64,000 nucleotides of DNA from SAR202 cluster bacterium (lineage in GTDB: Bacteria; Chloroflexota; Dehalococcoidia; Lucifugimonadales; VXLM01), in NCBI GenBank assembly GCA_022448725.1, contig JAKUTR010000006.1, positions 14,195-78,194 on the forward strand, given 5' to 3'. The first letter of the stretch is position 1; the number at the start of each line of letters is the position of its first letter. This document shows, in pieces, positions 1 through 10,331 of the stretch. The position numbers and the translations under genes are program-made. The notes beneath the pieces were generated by a model. That model was not told where the DNA came from, made no database searches, and saw nothing but the letters and a program-made list of their open reading frames with translations.

Positions 1-173
1 GGAGTATATTTTGGACTGACGAATGACCCGACGACGATTGTCGGCAGACCTGTTTCACTTAATGCGTTGAGCAACGCAACCTTGTCAGCAACAGAGATGT
101 TGGTAGACTCGATTTGCATTCCTTCTCGCATCACCTCTTCGCGCCATTCAATGTTTGGCCAACTGAATTGCAC
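1..173 (-). CDS. HMG-CoA lyase-like / pyruvate carboxyltransferase-domain protein, N-terminal fragment (gene runs off the left edge)
   Basis: Hand translation of the minus strand from GTG at 173-171 (preceded by GGAGGGA) gives VQFSWPNIEWREEVMREGMQIESTNISVADKVALLNALSETGLPTIVVGSFVSPKYT and stays open to base 1. The REGxQ ... VGSFVSPK pattern resembles the N-terminus of HMGL-like TIM-barrel enzymes. Too short for the ORF track. Confidence 0.45.
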   Translation of the reverse strand, partial: MQFSWPNIEWREEVMREGMQIESTNISVADKVALLNALSETGLPTIVVGSFVSPKYT

Positions 174-183
174 AACTCCCTCC

Positions 184-216
184 TTAGGCAAGGTTCAAGC
201 TTAGGCAAGGTTCAAG
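184..216. repeat. Tandem direct repeat: two copies of TTAGGCAAGGTTCAAG separated by one C
   Basis: Read directly: ttaggcaaggttcaag (184-199), c (200), ttaggcaaggttcaag (201-216). It lies in the divergent intergenic region between the HMGL-like gene and the lactate permease gene. Confidence 0.9.
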
Positions 217-327
217 TTGAGTGTATGGAGGCTTAAGATCTAGTGTCAAACCTCGACTGGACGGATCACCAGTTGTGGTTCAGCATTGATTGACTGTTGA
301 CGGTGTAGTTTGGCATCGTCTAGTTCG

Positions 328-357
328 TTGACAGGGATTCTCAAGCGCTCATACAAT
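328..357 (+). promoter_or_regulatory. Candidate sigma70-type promoter for the permease gene
   Basis: TTGACA (328-333), 18-nt spacer, TACAAT (352-357), about 25-30 nt upstream of the ATG codons at 383/389. Confidence 0.35.
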
Positions 358-382
358 CGGCCCGCTCGTCAATCTATGGAGC

Positions 383-1984
383 ATGTATATGTCCGGCGAT
401 GGACCTGAACTGACTGTAACCAACGTCGCTTTTGCAGCGATCCCTGTTTTCTTGCTCATCGTTACCATGTTAGTTGGGAAACTAAAATGGAGTGCGCCTA
501 GAGCAGGAGCGGTGTCGTGGCTAGCTGCCGTGGTACTGTCAGTTTTCGTGTTTGGTGCAGACCAGAGCATCGTTGTAATAGGGAGTTCAAAAGGGCTTAG
601 TTTGAGCCTCTTTGTCCTTACCATTATTTGGACGTCAGTACTTCTTTATAACGTGATCGAAAAGATGGGAGGGATCTCAGTAATCGGGACGACGATGACA
701 CGGTTAGTCCGCGATCCTTTGGCTCAAGCACTGATTGTAGGTTGGGCTTTTAGCGGACTTGTCCAAGGTGTGGCAGGTTTCGGTCTCCCGGTGGCTGTTG
801 TGGCGCCCTTGTTACTTATGATGGGCTTCTCGCCCGTCCGTGCTGCTGTGATAGCTCTCGTTGGACACTCATGGGCGGTTACCTATGGTTCCTTGGGGTC
901 GTCTTTCTATACCATCCAGCTAGTTAGCGGCCTTGATCCAGACACTCTGGGTCCACACATGGCGGCGATGTTTGCCGTTCCCACAATCGTCACCGGATTT
1001 GCCGTGGCACATCTTCAAGGCGGATTTGGTGCAATCCGTAAAGGCTGGTTTGCCATTCTCTTGATTGGGGGAGCAATATCTGTCTCGATGTGGTTGACCA
1101 CTGTGGTTGGTGCTTATCAGGTTGCAGCTGTGGTTGCGGGCCTCGTTGGATGTGGGGTTGGATGGGGACTATCACGGATTCCGAGGCTTGGTTTATATGG
1201 AGATCAACCCGTTGATCTGAAGCCTGATAATCAATCCCCTAATTCTCTTACCTTCAACTTAGCATTCTTACCGTACTATGTACTATTTGCTCTCAGTATT
1301 GCTTCACAGATCCCTGTAGTTCGAGAGTTCGGTTCCGATTTGCGGTTTGGGTTGGATTATCCGGAAACGATTACGGCCAAAGGTTTTATAATATCTTCCG
1401 TGGAGGCCTATGCTCCAATTAGGTTCCTAAATCACCCAGGACCTCTGATACTAGCTTCTTTGGGGATCTCATATTTGGTCTATCGTTTCAGAGGTGTGTG
1501 GCACAGTGGGGTAGGGATTAGCGCGGCTAAGGCAACGTACAGCCAGGTTGTTTCAAACAGTGTGGGTGTAGGGACAATGGTCATGATGGCACTCCTCATG
1601 ACCACCGTTGGGATGACAACTTTGCTAGGGGAGGCAATAGCTAGAGCTACTGGCCCAGCGTTTCCACTATTGTCACCGTATATAGGGGTTTTAGGAACGT
1701 TTATGACAGGTAGTAACACCAATTCAAACGCGATGTTTGGAGCTCTGCAAATAGGCACGGCGCAGGCTTTAGGGATCGGCTTGGTTACTATTGCGGCCAC
1801 TCATTCGATAGGAGCCTCGTTTGGATCAGCCATCGCAATGTCAAAGGTTATGGCAGGTACGGTACTGGTCGGTCTTTCAGGAAAAGAACGTGACGTACTG
1901 GTTAAAGCGATCCCGTACTGTATTCTGGTTGTTTTGACTGTCGGGATACAAGCTTGGGTCATCATTAACGTGCTAGACGAATGA
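383..1984 (+). CDS. lctP: L-lactate/glycolate permease (LctP family)
   Basis: 533-aa polytopic membrane ORF. LIVGWAFSGLVQGVAGFGLPVAVVAPLLLMMGF aligns by eye with E. coli LldP [33 protein letters not shown]. C-terminal SPYIGVLGTFMTGSNTNSNAMFGALQ aligns with LldP [26 protein letters not shown]. The true start may be the ATG at 389 (GGAG 7 nt upstream). Confidence 0.9.
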   Translation: MYMSGDGPELTVTNVAFAAIPVFLLIVTMLVGKLKWSAPRAGAVSWLAAVVLSVFVFGADQSIVVIGSSKGLSLSLFVLTIIWTSVLLYNVIEKMGGISVIGTTMTRLVRDPLAQALIVGWAFSGLVQGVAGFGLPVAVVAPLLLMMGFSPVRAAVIALVGHSWAVTYGSLGSSFYTIQLVSGLDPDTLGPHMAAMFAVPTIVTGFAVAHLQGGFGAIRKGWFAILLIGGAISVSMWLTTVVGAYQVAAVVAGLVGCGVGWGLSRIPRLGLYGDQPVDLKPDNQSPNSLTFNLAFLPYYVLFALSIASQIPVVREFGSDLRFGLDYPETITAKGFIISSVEAYAPIRFLNHPGPLILASLGISYLVYRFRGVWHSGVGISAAKATYSQVVSNSVGVGTMVMMALLMTTVGMTTLLGEAIARATGPAFPLLSPYIGVLGTFMTGSNTNSNAMFGALQIGTAQALGIGLVTIAATHSIGASFGSAIAMSKVMAGTVLVGLSGKERDVLVKAIPYCILVVLTVGIQAWVIINVLDE

Positions 1985-2148
1985 CGAATTTACGACAAAA
2001 TAAGTTAAAGCAGATTTCACTGTGGATTATCGCAGTTGACTTTCCTGTAATGTATCTTGCTGCGGTGACCTTTGAAAGCACGGTGCTAACCTTAGTGGCT
2101 TTGGCTTTTATGGCACTAGGAGCTGTTGCGGCAGCGGTCGCGTTCTAA
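1981..2148 (+). CDS. Small hydrophobic protein, 55 aa, two predicted TM segments (not in the ORF track)
   Basis: Hand translation: MTNLRQNKLKQISLWIIAVDFPVMYLAAVTFESTVLTLVALAFMALGAVAAAVAF*. The ATG overlaps the permease stop codon (gaATGa, 1981-1984), the classic translational-coupling arrangement. It fills the otherwise empty 170-nt gap before the next gene. Confidence 0.4.
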   Translation: MTNLRQNKLKQISLWIIAVDFPVMYLAAVTFESTVLTLVALAFMALGAVAAAVAF

Positions 2149-2153
2149 AATCA

Positions 2154-3323
2154 ATGGGAACACTGCTTGTCACCCAGTCAGGCGGACCAACTCCGGTGAT
2201 CAATCGGAGTCTTTACGGTGTTGTCACCGAGGCGTTGAAGTCCTCTAGGTACGATCAAGTACTTGGGGCGAGGCATTCTGTTGATGGCATTATTAGTGGT
2301 GAATTTGTCGACCTAACATCTGTCACCAGTGATAGGTGGTCCTGCATCAAGTCTGCCCCGGGTTCTGCAATTGGGACATCACGTCGAAAACTAGTTGATG
2401 CTGATGTTCCCATGATATGGGATCGTCTCGATGAGAATTCCGTCACTTGTTGGGTGATGATCGGAGGCAATGACTCTGCTGAGAACGCTCTCACTATTTC
2501 AACCGAGGCTGCCACAGCAGGCTATGATCTCCTACTCGTACACGTGCCTAAGACCGTTGATAATGATCTTGCAGAGTCCGACCACAGTCCTGGCTACGGG
2601 AGTGCCGCTAGATTCGTTGCCGCCGCTACATTAGGAGCTGGGTTTGATGCTGAATCTATGGGTAGAGCGGCTCCTATCACGGTCCTAGAGGTAGCCGGAC
2701 GAAACAGTGGCTGGTTGGCTGCTGCCGGAGCTCTCGCGAAACGGGATGAACGTGATGCTCCTCATGTAGTAGTTCTCCCAGAGGTTGCCTTTGATGAAGA
2801 AGGTTTCGTTGCTAAAGTGGAGGAAGCATTCGTGCGATACGGTTACGCGATTGTTGTAGCGCAAGAGAATGTTCGAAGTTCAGATGGAGGGCCCCTTGGT
2901 GGGGATGTAGAAAGTACCCATCAGGATGCATTTGGGCATCAGTATTACGAAGGTGCGGGGCGCTACTTGACGAAACTTCTAACAGATACTCTTGGTGTGC
3001 GTGTTCGTTATGATAAGCCGGGGTCCATTCAACGCTCGCTGCCCTCGATGGTTTCTAATGTAGATGCCGAGGAGGCGGAGTTGGTGGGCAGAGCCGCGGT
3101 CAGCCCTTCTTTGGATAGGAGTACAGGTGGTAGCGTTGTTCTCATTCGAGAGCAAGGAGACCCGTACCGATGTACTACAGGTGTGACTTCCTTGGATAAG
3201 GTTGCGGGTATCTCGGTGAGAGTGCCATCGGAATTCATAGATGATTGGATGGTCACTCCGGCTTTTAAAAGATATGCAACTCCACTCATAGGTGAGCCAT
3301 TGCCGCAATTTGGACGTCTCTAG
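2154..3323 (+). CDS. 6-phosphofructokinase family protein, probably PPi-dependent type
   Basis: PFK signatures QSGGPTPVINRSLYGVV (nucleotide loop), IGGNDS (closer to GGDDS of PPi-PFKs than GGDGS of ATP-PFKs), PKTVDNDL, and EVAGRNSGWLA. Confidence 0.8.
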   Translation: MGTLLVTQSGGPTPVINRSLYGVVTEALKSSRYDQVLGARHSVDGIISGEFVDLTSVTSDRWSCIKSAPGSAIGTSRRKLVDADVPMIWDRLDENSVTCWVMIGGNDSAENALTISTEAATAGYDLLLVHVPKTVDNDLAESDHSPGYGSAARFVAAATLGAGFDAESMGRAAPITVLEVAGRNSGWLAAAGALAKRDERDAPHVVVLPEVAFDEEGFVAKVEEAFVRYGYAIVVAQENVRSSDGGPLGGDVESTHQDAFGHQYYEGAGRYLTKLLTDTLGVRVRYDKPGSIQRSLPSMVSNVDAEEAELVGRAAVSPSLDRSTGGSVVLIREQGDPYRCTTGVTSLDKVAGISVRVPSEFIDDWMVTPAFKRYATPLIGEPLPQFGRL

Positions 3324-3633
3324 GCACGCTCGGCCTTAATTCTCGCTGTTGATCTGTAGACGATGTTTTCATACTTTCCGATTCCTACATTTATGGATTT
3401 GAGTGGTGTGCCAAGAGCATTAGACAACGTTTCTCCTTGTGGACAAGATATTGAGAGATCGCCCTCACGGTATTGGTTAAAACCTCCAATCTTTCTATCC
3501 CTTGTCATGTGAAGACGGTATAATTAGGAGTGGCGACATAATGGAATTAGTTTGGGGGAGTGCCTCTGGCTGCTCTCCCTTGAGGTCAGGGCTGTAGATT
3601 CGTTGCCGTAATACGACTAATTGGAGGCAAGAA

Positions 3634-3987
3634 GTGCCTAAAAAAAACGAAGGTGAACCCTACTATCGGCTTACACTTGATGAAGCTGCTGAGATGCACG
3701 GCAAGGACGGGGTGTTAATTGTGGATGTGCGTGGCCCAGATGAGTATAGTACGGGACATGTTGAGGGAGCTATGTCTATTCCTGTCGACGAGGTTTTATC
3801 CCGGGTTGGTGAGCTTCCGACAGATCAAAAGCTACTATTTATTTGTGCAGCAGGTGTCCGTAGCGGGCTTGCCGCTGAAATGGCAGCTGCTATGGGGTTA
3901 GATACAGAGAACTTGTATAACATTGAAGACGGTACCCCTGCTTGGATCGAGCGGCAGTTTCCGACAAGCTATCCTGCGAACGGGTAG
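3634..3987 (+). CDS. Single-domain rhodanese (sulfurtransferase)
   Basis: 117 aa. Rhodanese pattern VDVRGPDEYSTGHVEGAMSIP with active-site loop CAAGVRS. GTG start preceded by TTGGAGG. Confidence 0.85.
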   Translation: MPKKNEGEPYYRLTLDEAAEMHGKDGVLIVDVRGPDEYSTGHVEGAMSIPVDEVLSRVGELPTDQKLLFICAAGVRSGLAAEMAAAMGLDTENLYNIEDGTPAWIERQFPTSYPANG

Positions 3988-4098
3988 TTGAGTGAGCGTT
4001 TCACACAACCCCGGATATCTAGTTGGCAACATCCGCCCTAACACCCAACTAAGCATGAAAGATCAGTATAAGGTTGGGGGGTAGTTAGTAGATCTGCA

Positions 4099-6341
<2,243 letters not shown>

Positions 6342-6425
6342 TACAAAACGTTTTGTAAACCAACCTATTAGCAATTTGCTGAACGGTTACATGGAATGAG
6401 ATTTTTATATTTAAGAGGTATCTAA

Positions 6426-7640
6426 ATGCCATTTAGTTTCGCTGATTCGCCGTCCTACCTTTTCACTTCCGAATCTGTGACTGAAGGTCACCCTGACAAG
6501 TTGTGTGATCAAATTTCTGACGCGGTTCTGGATGCTCATCTCAAGGATGATCCCATGTCACGAGTAGCGTGCGAAGCGTGTACGACTACCGGACTCGTAG
6601 TAGTAATGGGGGAAATCACTTCGAAGGCACAAGTTGACATCAGGAAATTGGTGCGTGAGACGGTTCGTGCGGCAGGCTATACCGATCCTAGTTACGGCTT
6701 TGATCACAAGTCGTGTGCGGTTGTAGTATCAATCGATGAACAATCCGGCGATATTTCTTCTGGAGTCACGCACTCGACGGAAGTGCGTGATCAGAGCATC
6801 GTTGAAGAAGACCAAGTTGAAAGTCTTGGTGCTGGCGACCAAGGGATGATGGTAGGTTACGCTACTACTGAGACAGAGGAGTTAATGCCCCTCCCAATCG
6901 TTTTAGCACATAAGCTGTGCTTACGAATGTCCGAGCTGCGGAAAAACGGCACGATTCCGTACTTGCGTCCTGATGGGAAGTCACAGGTGACGGTTGAATA
7001 CTCCATGGGTAAGCCCAAGCGTGTCACTACGGTTGTTATGAGTTCACAACATAGTCCTGATGTAGATCAGTCTGTAATAAAGCGCGATCTTGTTGAACAA
7101 GTTGCTCTCCAAGTTATTCCAGCAGAACTTTTGGATGAAGAGACCTCATACCATGTGAACCCTTCTGGTCGGTTTGTCATAGGAGGTCCCGTTGGTGATG
7201 CGGGCTTGACTGGACGTAAGATTATCGTGGACACGTACGGAGGATTTGCCCGCCATGGTGGGGGAGCATTTTCTGGTAAAGATCCGACCAAGGTAGACCG
7301 GTCAGCGGCATACGCTGCACGGTGGGTTGCTAAGAACCTTGTAGCAGCGGGATTAGCCGAGAGACTCGAGGTACAACTCGCGTACGCAATCGGCGTTGCT
7401 AAGCCCATGTCAGTATCTGTGGAGACCTTTGGGTCTAACCACGTAGATGACTCTGTTATTGTGGATATGGTGGACAAGCATTTTGATCTACGTCCCGGAG
7501 CAATTATTCGAGACCTAAACCTCCGACAGCCCATATATAGCCAGACAGCAGCATACGGCCACTTCGGACGCACAGATCTCAACCTACCTTGGGAGAATTG
7601 TGACAGGGCCGCAGCGATCAAAGCAGAGGCGTTGAACTAA
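6426..7640 (+). CDS. metK: S-adenosylmethionine synthetase
   Basis: 404 aa. [65 protein letters not shown]. Confidence 0.97.
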   Translation: MPFSFADSPSYLFTSESVTEGHPDKLCDQISDAVLDAHLKDDPMSRVACEACTTTGLVVVMGEITSKAQVDIRKLVRETVRAAGYTDPSYGFDHKSCAVVVSIDEQSGDISSGVTHSTEVRDQSIVEEDQVESLGAGDQGMMVGYATTETEELMPLPIVLAHKLCLRMSELRKNGTIPYLRPDGKSQVTVEYSMGKPKRVTTVVMSSQHSPDVDQSVIKRDLVEQVALQVIPAELLDEETSYHVNPSGRFVIGGPVGDAGLTGRKIIVDTYGGFARHGGGAFSGKDPTKVDRSAAYAARWVAKNLVAAGLAERLEVQLAYAIGVAKPMSVSVETFGSNHVDDSVIVDMVDKHFDLRPGAIIRDLNLRQPIYSQTAAYGHFGRTDLNLPWENCDRAAAIKAEALN

Positions 7641-7674
7641 TAGAGTAAGATTCTATCCTTCCAAAGGTTGCAAG

Positions 7675-8823
7675 GTGTCTATAACCACTTCACAAACCAT
7701 CCAGCGTCTTAAGGAACAAGGGGCTGTGTATGAACGTTTGGGCATCCGTCCGATCATAAACGGTAACGGCACTCAGACAACCCTTGGTGGTTCAATCATG
7801 GACCCTGAAACCGCGCAGGCGATGCATGATGCGAGTCGAACGATGGTTGTGATCGAAGAGCTAAACCAGAAGGCCGGAGAGATTATCGCTGAGCATACGG
7901 GGGCGGAATCCGGGATCGTCACAGCCGGTGCTGCTGCGGCACTTTTGGTACAGGCAGCAGCAGTCATAGCTGGGCTTGACCCTGAAAGGATCTTTAGGCT
8001 GCCTGACACTACAGAGATGCCCAACGAGATTGTGATCAAACGGAGTCATCATAGTGAGTTCACTCAGTCATGGCGAGAAGCCGGTGCTGAACTTGTGTGG
8101 GTTGGAGGAGACGATGATGAGATAGAAGCAGGCATCTCTGAGCAGACAGTTGCTCTCGGGTTCATCGCGTCTCGGTGGAACCCGGACTCTTTCGAGGGGC
8201 TCGATTCTATGATCAGGATTGCCCACCGGTACTCCTTGCCAGTACTGGTTGATGCGGCAGCGATGCTGCCGCCAGCTGAGAACCTCAGAAGGTTTATCGA
8301 TCATGGAGCCGATCTCGTTGTATATAGTGGGGGGAAGGCGATTCGCGGACCGCAATCCACAGGAATACTTTGTGGGCGACAGGAATTAGTTGTAGCTGCA
8401 GCTGCCAACAATAGCCCGAATCACGCTATCGGCCGACCTGCCAAGGTGGCCCGGGAGGAGATTGTTGGTCTTGTCGTAGCCCTTGAGCGTTATGTCCAGA
8501 GAGACCATGAGGCTGAAATGCAGACGTGGCATGATCAGGCACAAATTATTGCGGATACAGTGTCTACCGCTTCTGGTGTTAAAGCCATGATCGTACAGGA
8601 CGATTGGGTTCGCCCCGTGCCTGAGGTTTCAATCTCCTTTACTAGTCAATTTTCAGGTCGGACTGCTCACCAGATAGTGGAAGATCTTGCTAAAGGAGAT
8701 CCAGCGATCATCATTGAGGCGAGTCGCAGGGCAGACGAGGATATTTTCGTAAATCCCATCAACTTGATGCCCGGTGAAGAAGAACTACTTGCACAGCGTC
8801 TCTTAGCTGCGATGGTGCGTTGA
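7675..8823 (+). CDS. SelA-like / DgaE-like fold-type-I PLP-dependent enzyme (stand-alone, short form)
   Basis: 382 aa. YSGGKAIRGPQSTG resembles the PLP-lysine region of SelA-family proteins (FSGDKLLGGPQAG). GTG start. Function not assignable by eye. Confidence 0.55.
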   Translation: MSITTSQTIQRLKEQGAVYERLGIRPIINGNGTQTTLGGSIMDPETAQAMHDASRTMVVIEELNQKAGEIIAEHTGAESGIVTAGAAAALLVQAAAVIAGLDPERIFRLPDTTEMPNEIVIKRSHHSEFTQSWREAGAELVWVGGDDDEIEAGISEQTVALGFIASRWNPDSFEGLDSMIRIAHRYSLPVLVDAAAMLPPAENLRRFIDHGADLVVYSGGKAIRGPQSTGILCGRQELVVAAAANNSPNHAIGRPAKVAREEIVGLVVALERYVQRDHEAEMQTWHDQAQIIADTVSTASGVKAMIVQDDWVRPVPEVSISFTSQFSGRTAHQIVEDLAKGDPAIIIEASRRADEDIFVNPINLMPGEEELLAQRLLAAMVR

Positions 8824-8824
8824 A

Positions 8825-10246
8825 GTGGCGATTAAGTTTGGTACGGATGGGTGGCGTGGCCTCATCGGAGATGATTACACACTAGACAACGTGCGCCTCT
8901 GTGCTCAAGGAACTGCGAGGCTTTTAACTGAGAACCCGGATGAGAACAGGCCGCTGATTGTTGGGTACGATACTCGTCGGGGTTCGTTAAAATTCGCACG
9001 AGCGGTTGCAGAAGTAGGAGCGGCAAACGGGATCACCGTTCTACTAACTGATCGGGTTACTCCAACCCCAGTTATAAGCTACAACCTCGTAGCACGTAAT
9101 GCGCGGGGTGGTGTCGTTATTACAGCTAGCCATAATCCACCGGAGTGGAACGGGTATAAATTCAAACCAGATTATGGAGGAAGTGCATCCCCAGATGTGG
9201 TTGACAGGCTTGAATGCTTCATTGCAGAGGTAGAGTCTACCGGAGTCGCAAAACGTATCCCGCTAAGAGCTGCGGAAGATCAAGGACTCGTCACATATAT
9301 TGATCCTGAACCGCTTTATATGGAGAACATTGAGCGATTAATTGATATTCAAGCCATCCGTGATGCAGGTCTTGTGGTCATAGTAGACTCGATGCATGGT
9401 GCTGGTGGCGGGTATTTTAATAAGATATTGAGTGGTGGGTCGACGGTTGTTAAGGAGATACGTGGTGAGCCAAATCCAGCTTTTCCTGGGATGGCGCAGC
9501 CGGAGCCTCTGGCGGGGAATCTTTCTCAGTTGATGGGTGATGTAGTAGGGCAGGGGGCACATATAGGGATAGCTATGGATGGTGACGCTGACCGTCTTGG
9601 TGTGGTTGATGAGAATGGTCGGTTTATGACTACCCTCGAGACCTTCGCTCTACTTTGTTACTACCAACTTGAAATTTTAGGCAACCGTGGCCCCTTAGTT
9701 CGGTCGATCACGATGACGAGTATGGTTGACAAACTCGGGGGTCTCTATGGTGTGCCAGTATTTGACACTAAGGTAGGGTTCAAATATTTAGGACCTTTGA
9801 TGGTGGAACATGATGCTATTGCAGCTGGAGAGGAGAGTGGGGGGTATGCTTTCAAAGGTAATATCCCTGAACGTGACGGTATTCTCAGCGGCTTAATGGT
9901 ACTGGATATGATGGTTAAAACTGGTAATTCTCTTTCGGCATTGTCAGCAGTATTGGGACGCAAAGTTGGATCCCATCACTACAAGCGTGTGGATCTGTCC
10001 TTCAACGAGGACGATAGAACATTAATTAAGCAGCGGATTGTAGAGTGTCTACCTGACCACTTGGGTGGGAAACCCGTTAAAACAGTGGATGTACGAGATG
10101 GGGTTCGATTTGTTTTGGAGGATGGGTATTGGGTCCTTATTCGTTTTTCTGGGACAGAACCAATATTGCGTGTGTATGCAGAAGATGATTCTCCTGAAGG
10201 TGTAGATAGGTTACTGCAAGAGGCGCAAGATTTAGCCAGAATTTAG
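8825..10246 (+). CDS. Phosphoglucomutase/phosphomannomutase family protein
   Basis: FGTDGWRG N-terminus, phosphoserine loop TASHNPPEWNGYKF, metal loop AMDGDADRLG, GEESGG sugar loop. Confidence 0.9.
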   Translation: MAIKFGTDGWRGLIGDDYTLDNVRLCAQGTARLLTENPDENRPLIVGYDTRRGSLKFARAVAEVGAANGITVLLTDRVTPTPVISYNLVARNARGGVVITASHNPPEWNGYKFKPDYGGSASPDVVDRLECFIAEVESTGVAKRIPLRAAEDQGLVTYIDPEPLYMENIERLIDIQAIRDAGLVVIVDSMHGAGGGYFNKILSGGSTVVKEIRGEPNPAFPGMAQPEPLAGNLSQLMGDVVGQGAHIGIAMDGDADRLGVVDENGRFMTTLETFALLCYYQLEILGNRGPLVRSITMTSMVDKLGGLYGVPVFDTKVGFKYLGPLMVEHDAIAAGEESGGYAFKGNIPERDGILSGLMVLDMMVKTGNSLSALSAVLGRKVGSHHYKRVDLSFNEDDRTLIKQRIVECLPDHLGGKPVKTVDVRDGVRFVLEDGYWVLIRFSGTEPILRVYAEDDSPEGVDRLLQEAQDLARI

Positions 10247-10331
10247 CAGTTTCGGATCCGCTGATGTGTATAACCTCACGGACGTTACCTGAGTTTGATC
10301 ACTGTATAAAAGGCAATCTGTTTTTGCACTA

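Noticed and set aside
3320-3508. 62-aa minus-strand ORF in the 310-nt gap between the PFK and rhodanese genes
   Set aside because: It has no Shine-Dalgarno upstream of its ATG, overlaps the PFK stop by 4 nt and has no recognisable motif. It is kept only as a possibility. The gap also has a TATAAT at about 3520 and an 18-codon plus-strand mini-ORF (3541-3597), neither of which I can support.
7675-8823. SelA-like gene as evidence for a selenocysteine-incorporation system
   Set aside because: The protein is the short stand-alone form (382 aa), not a full SelA. No selB, selD, tRNA-Sec or in-frame TGA-interrupted gene is visible in the window.
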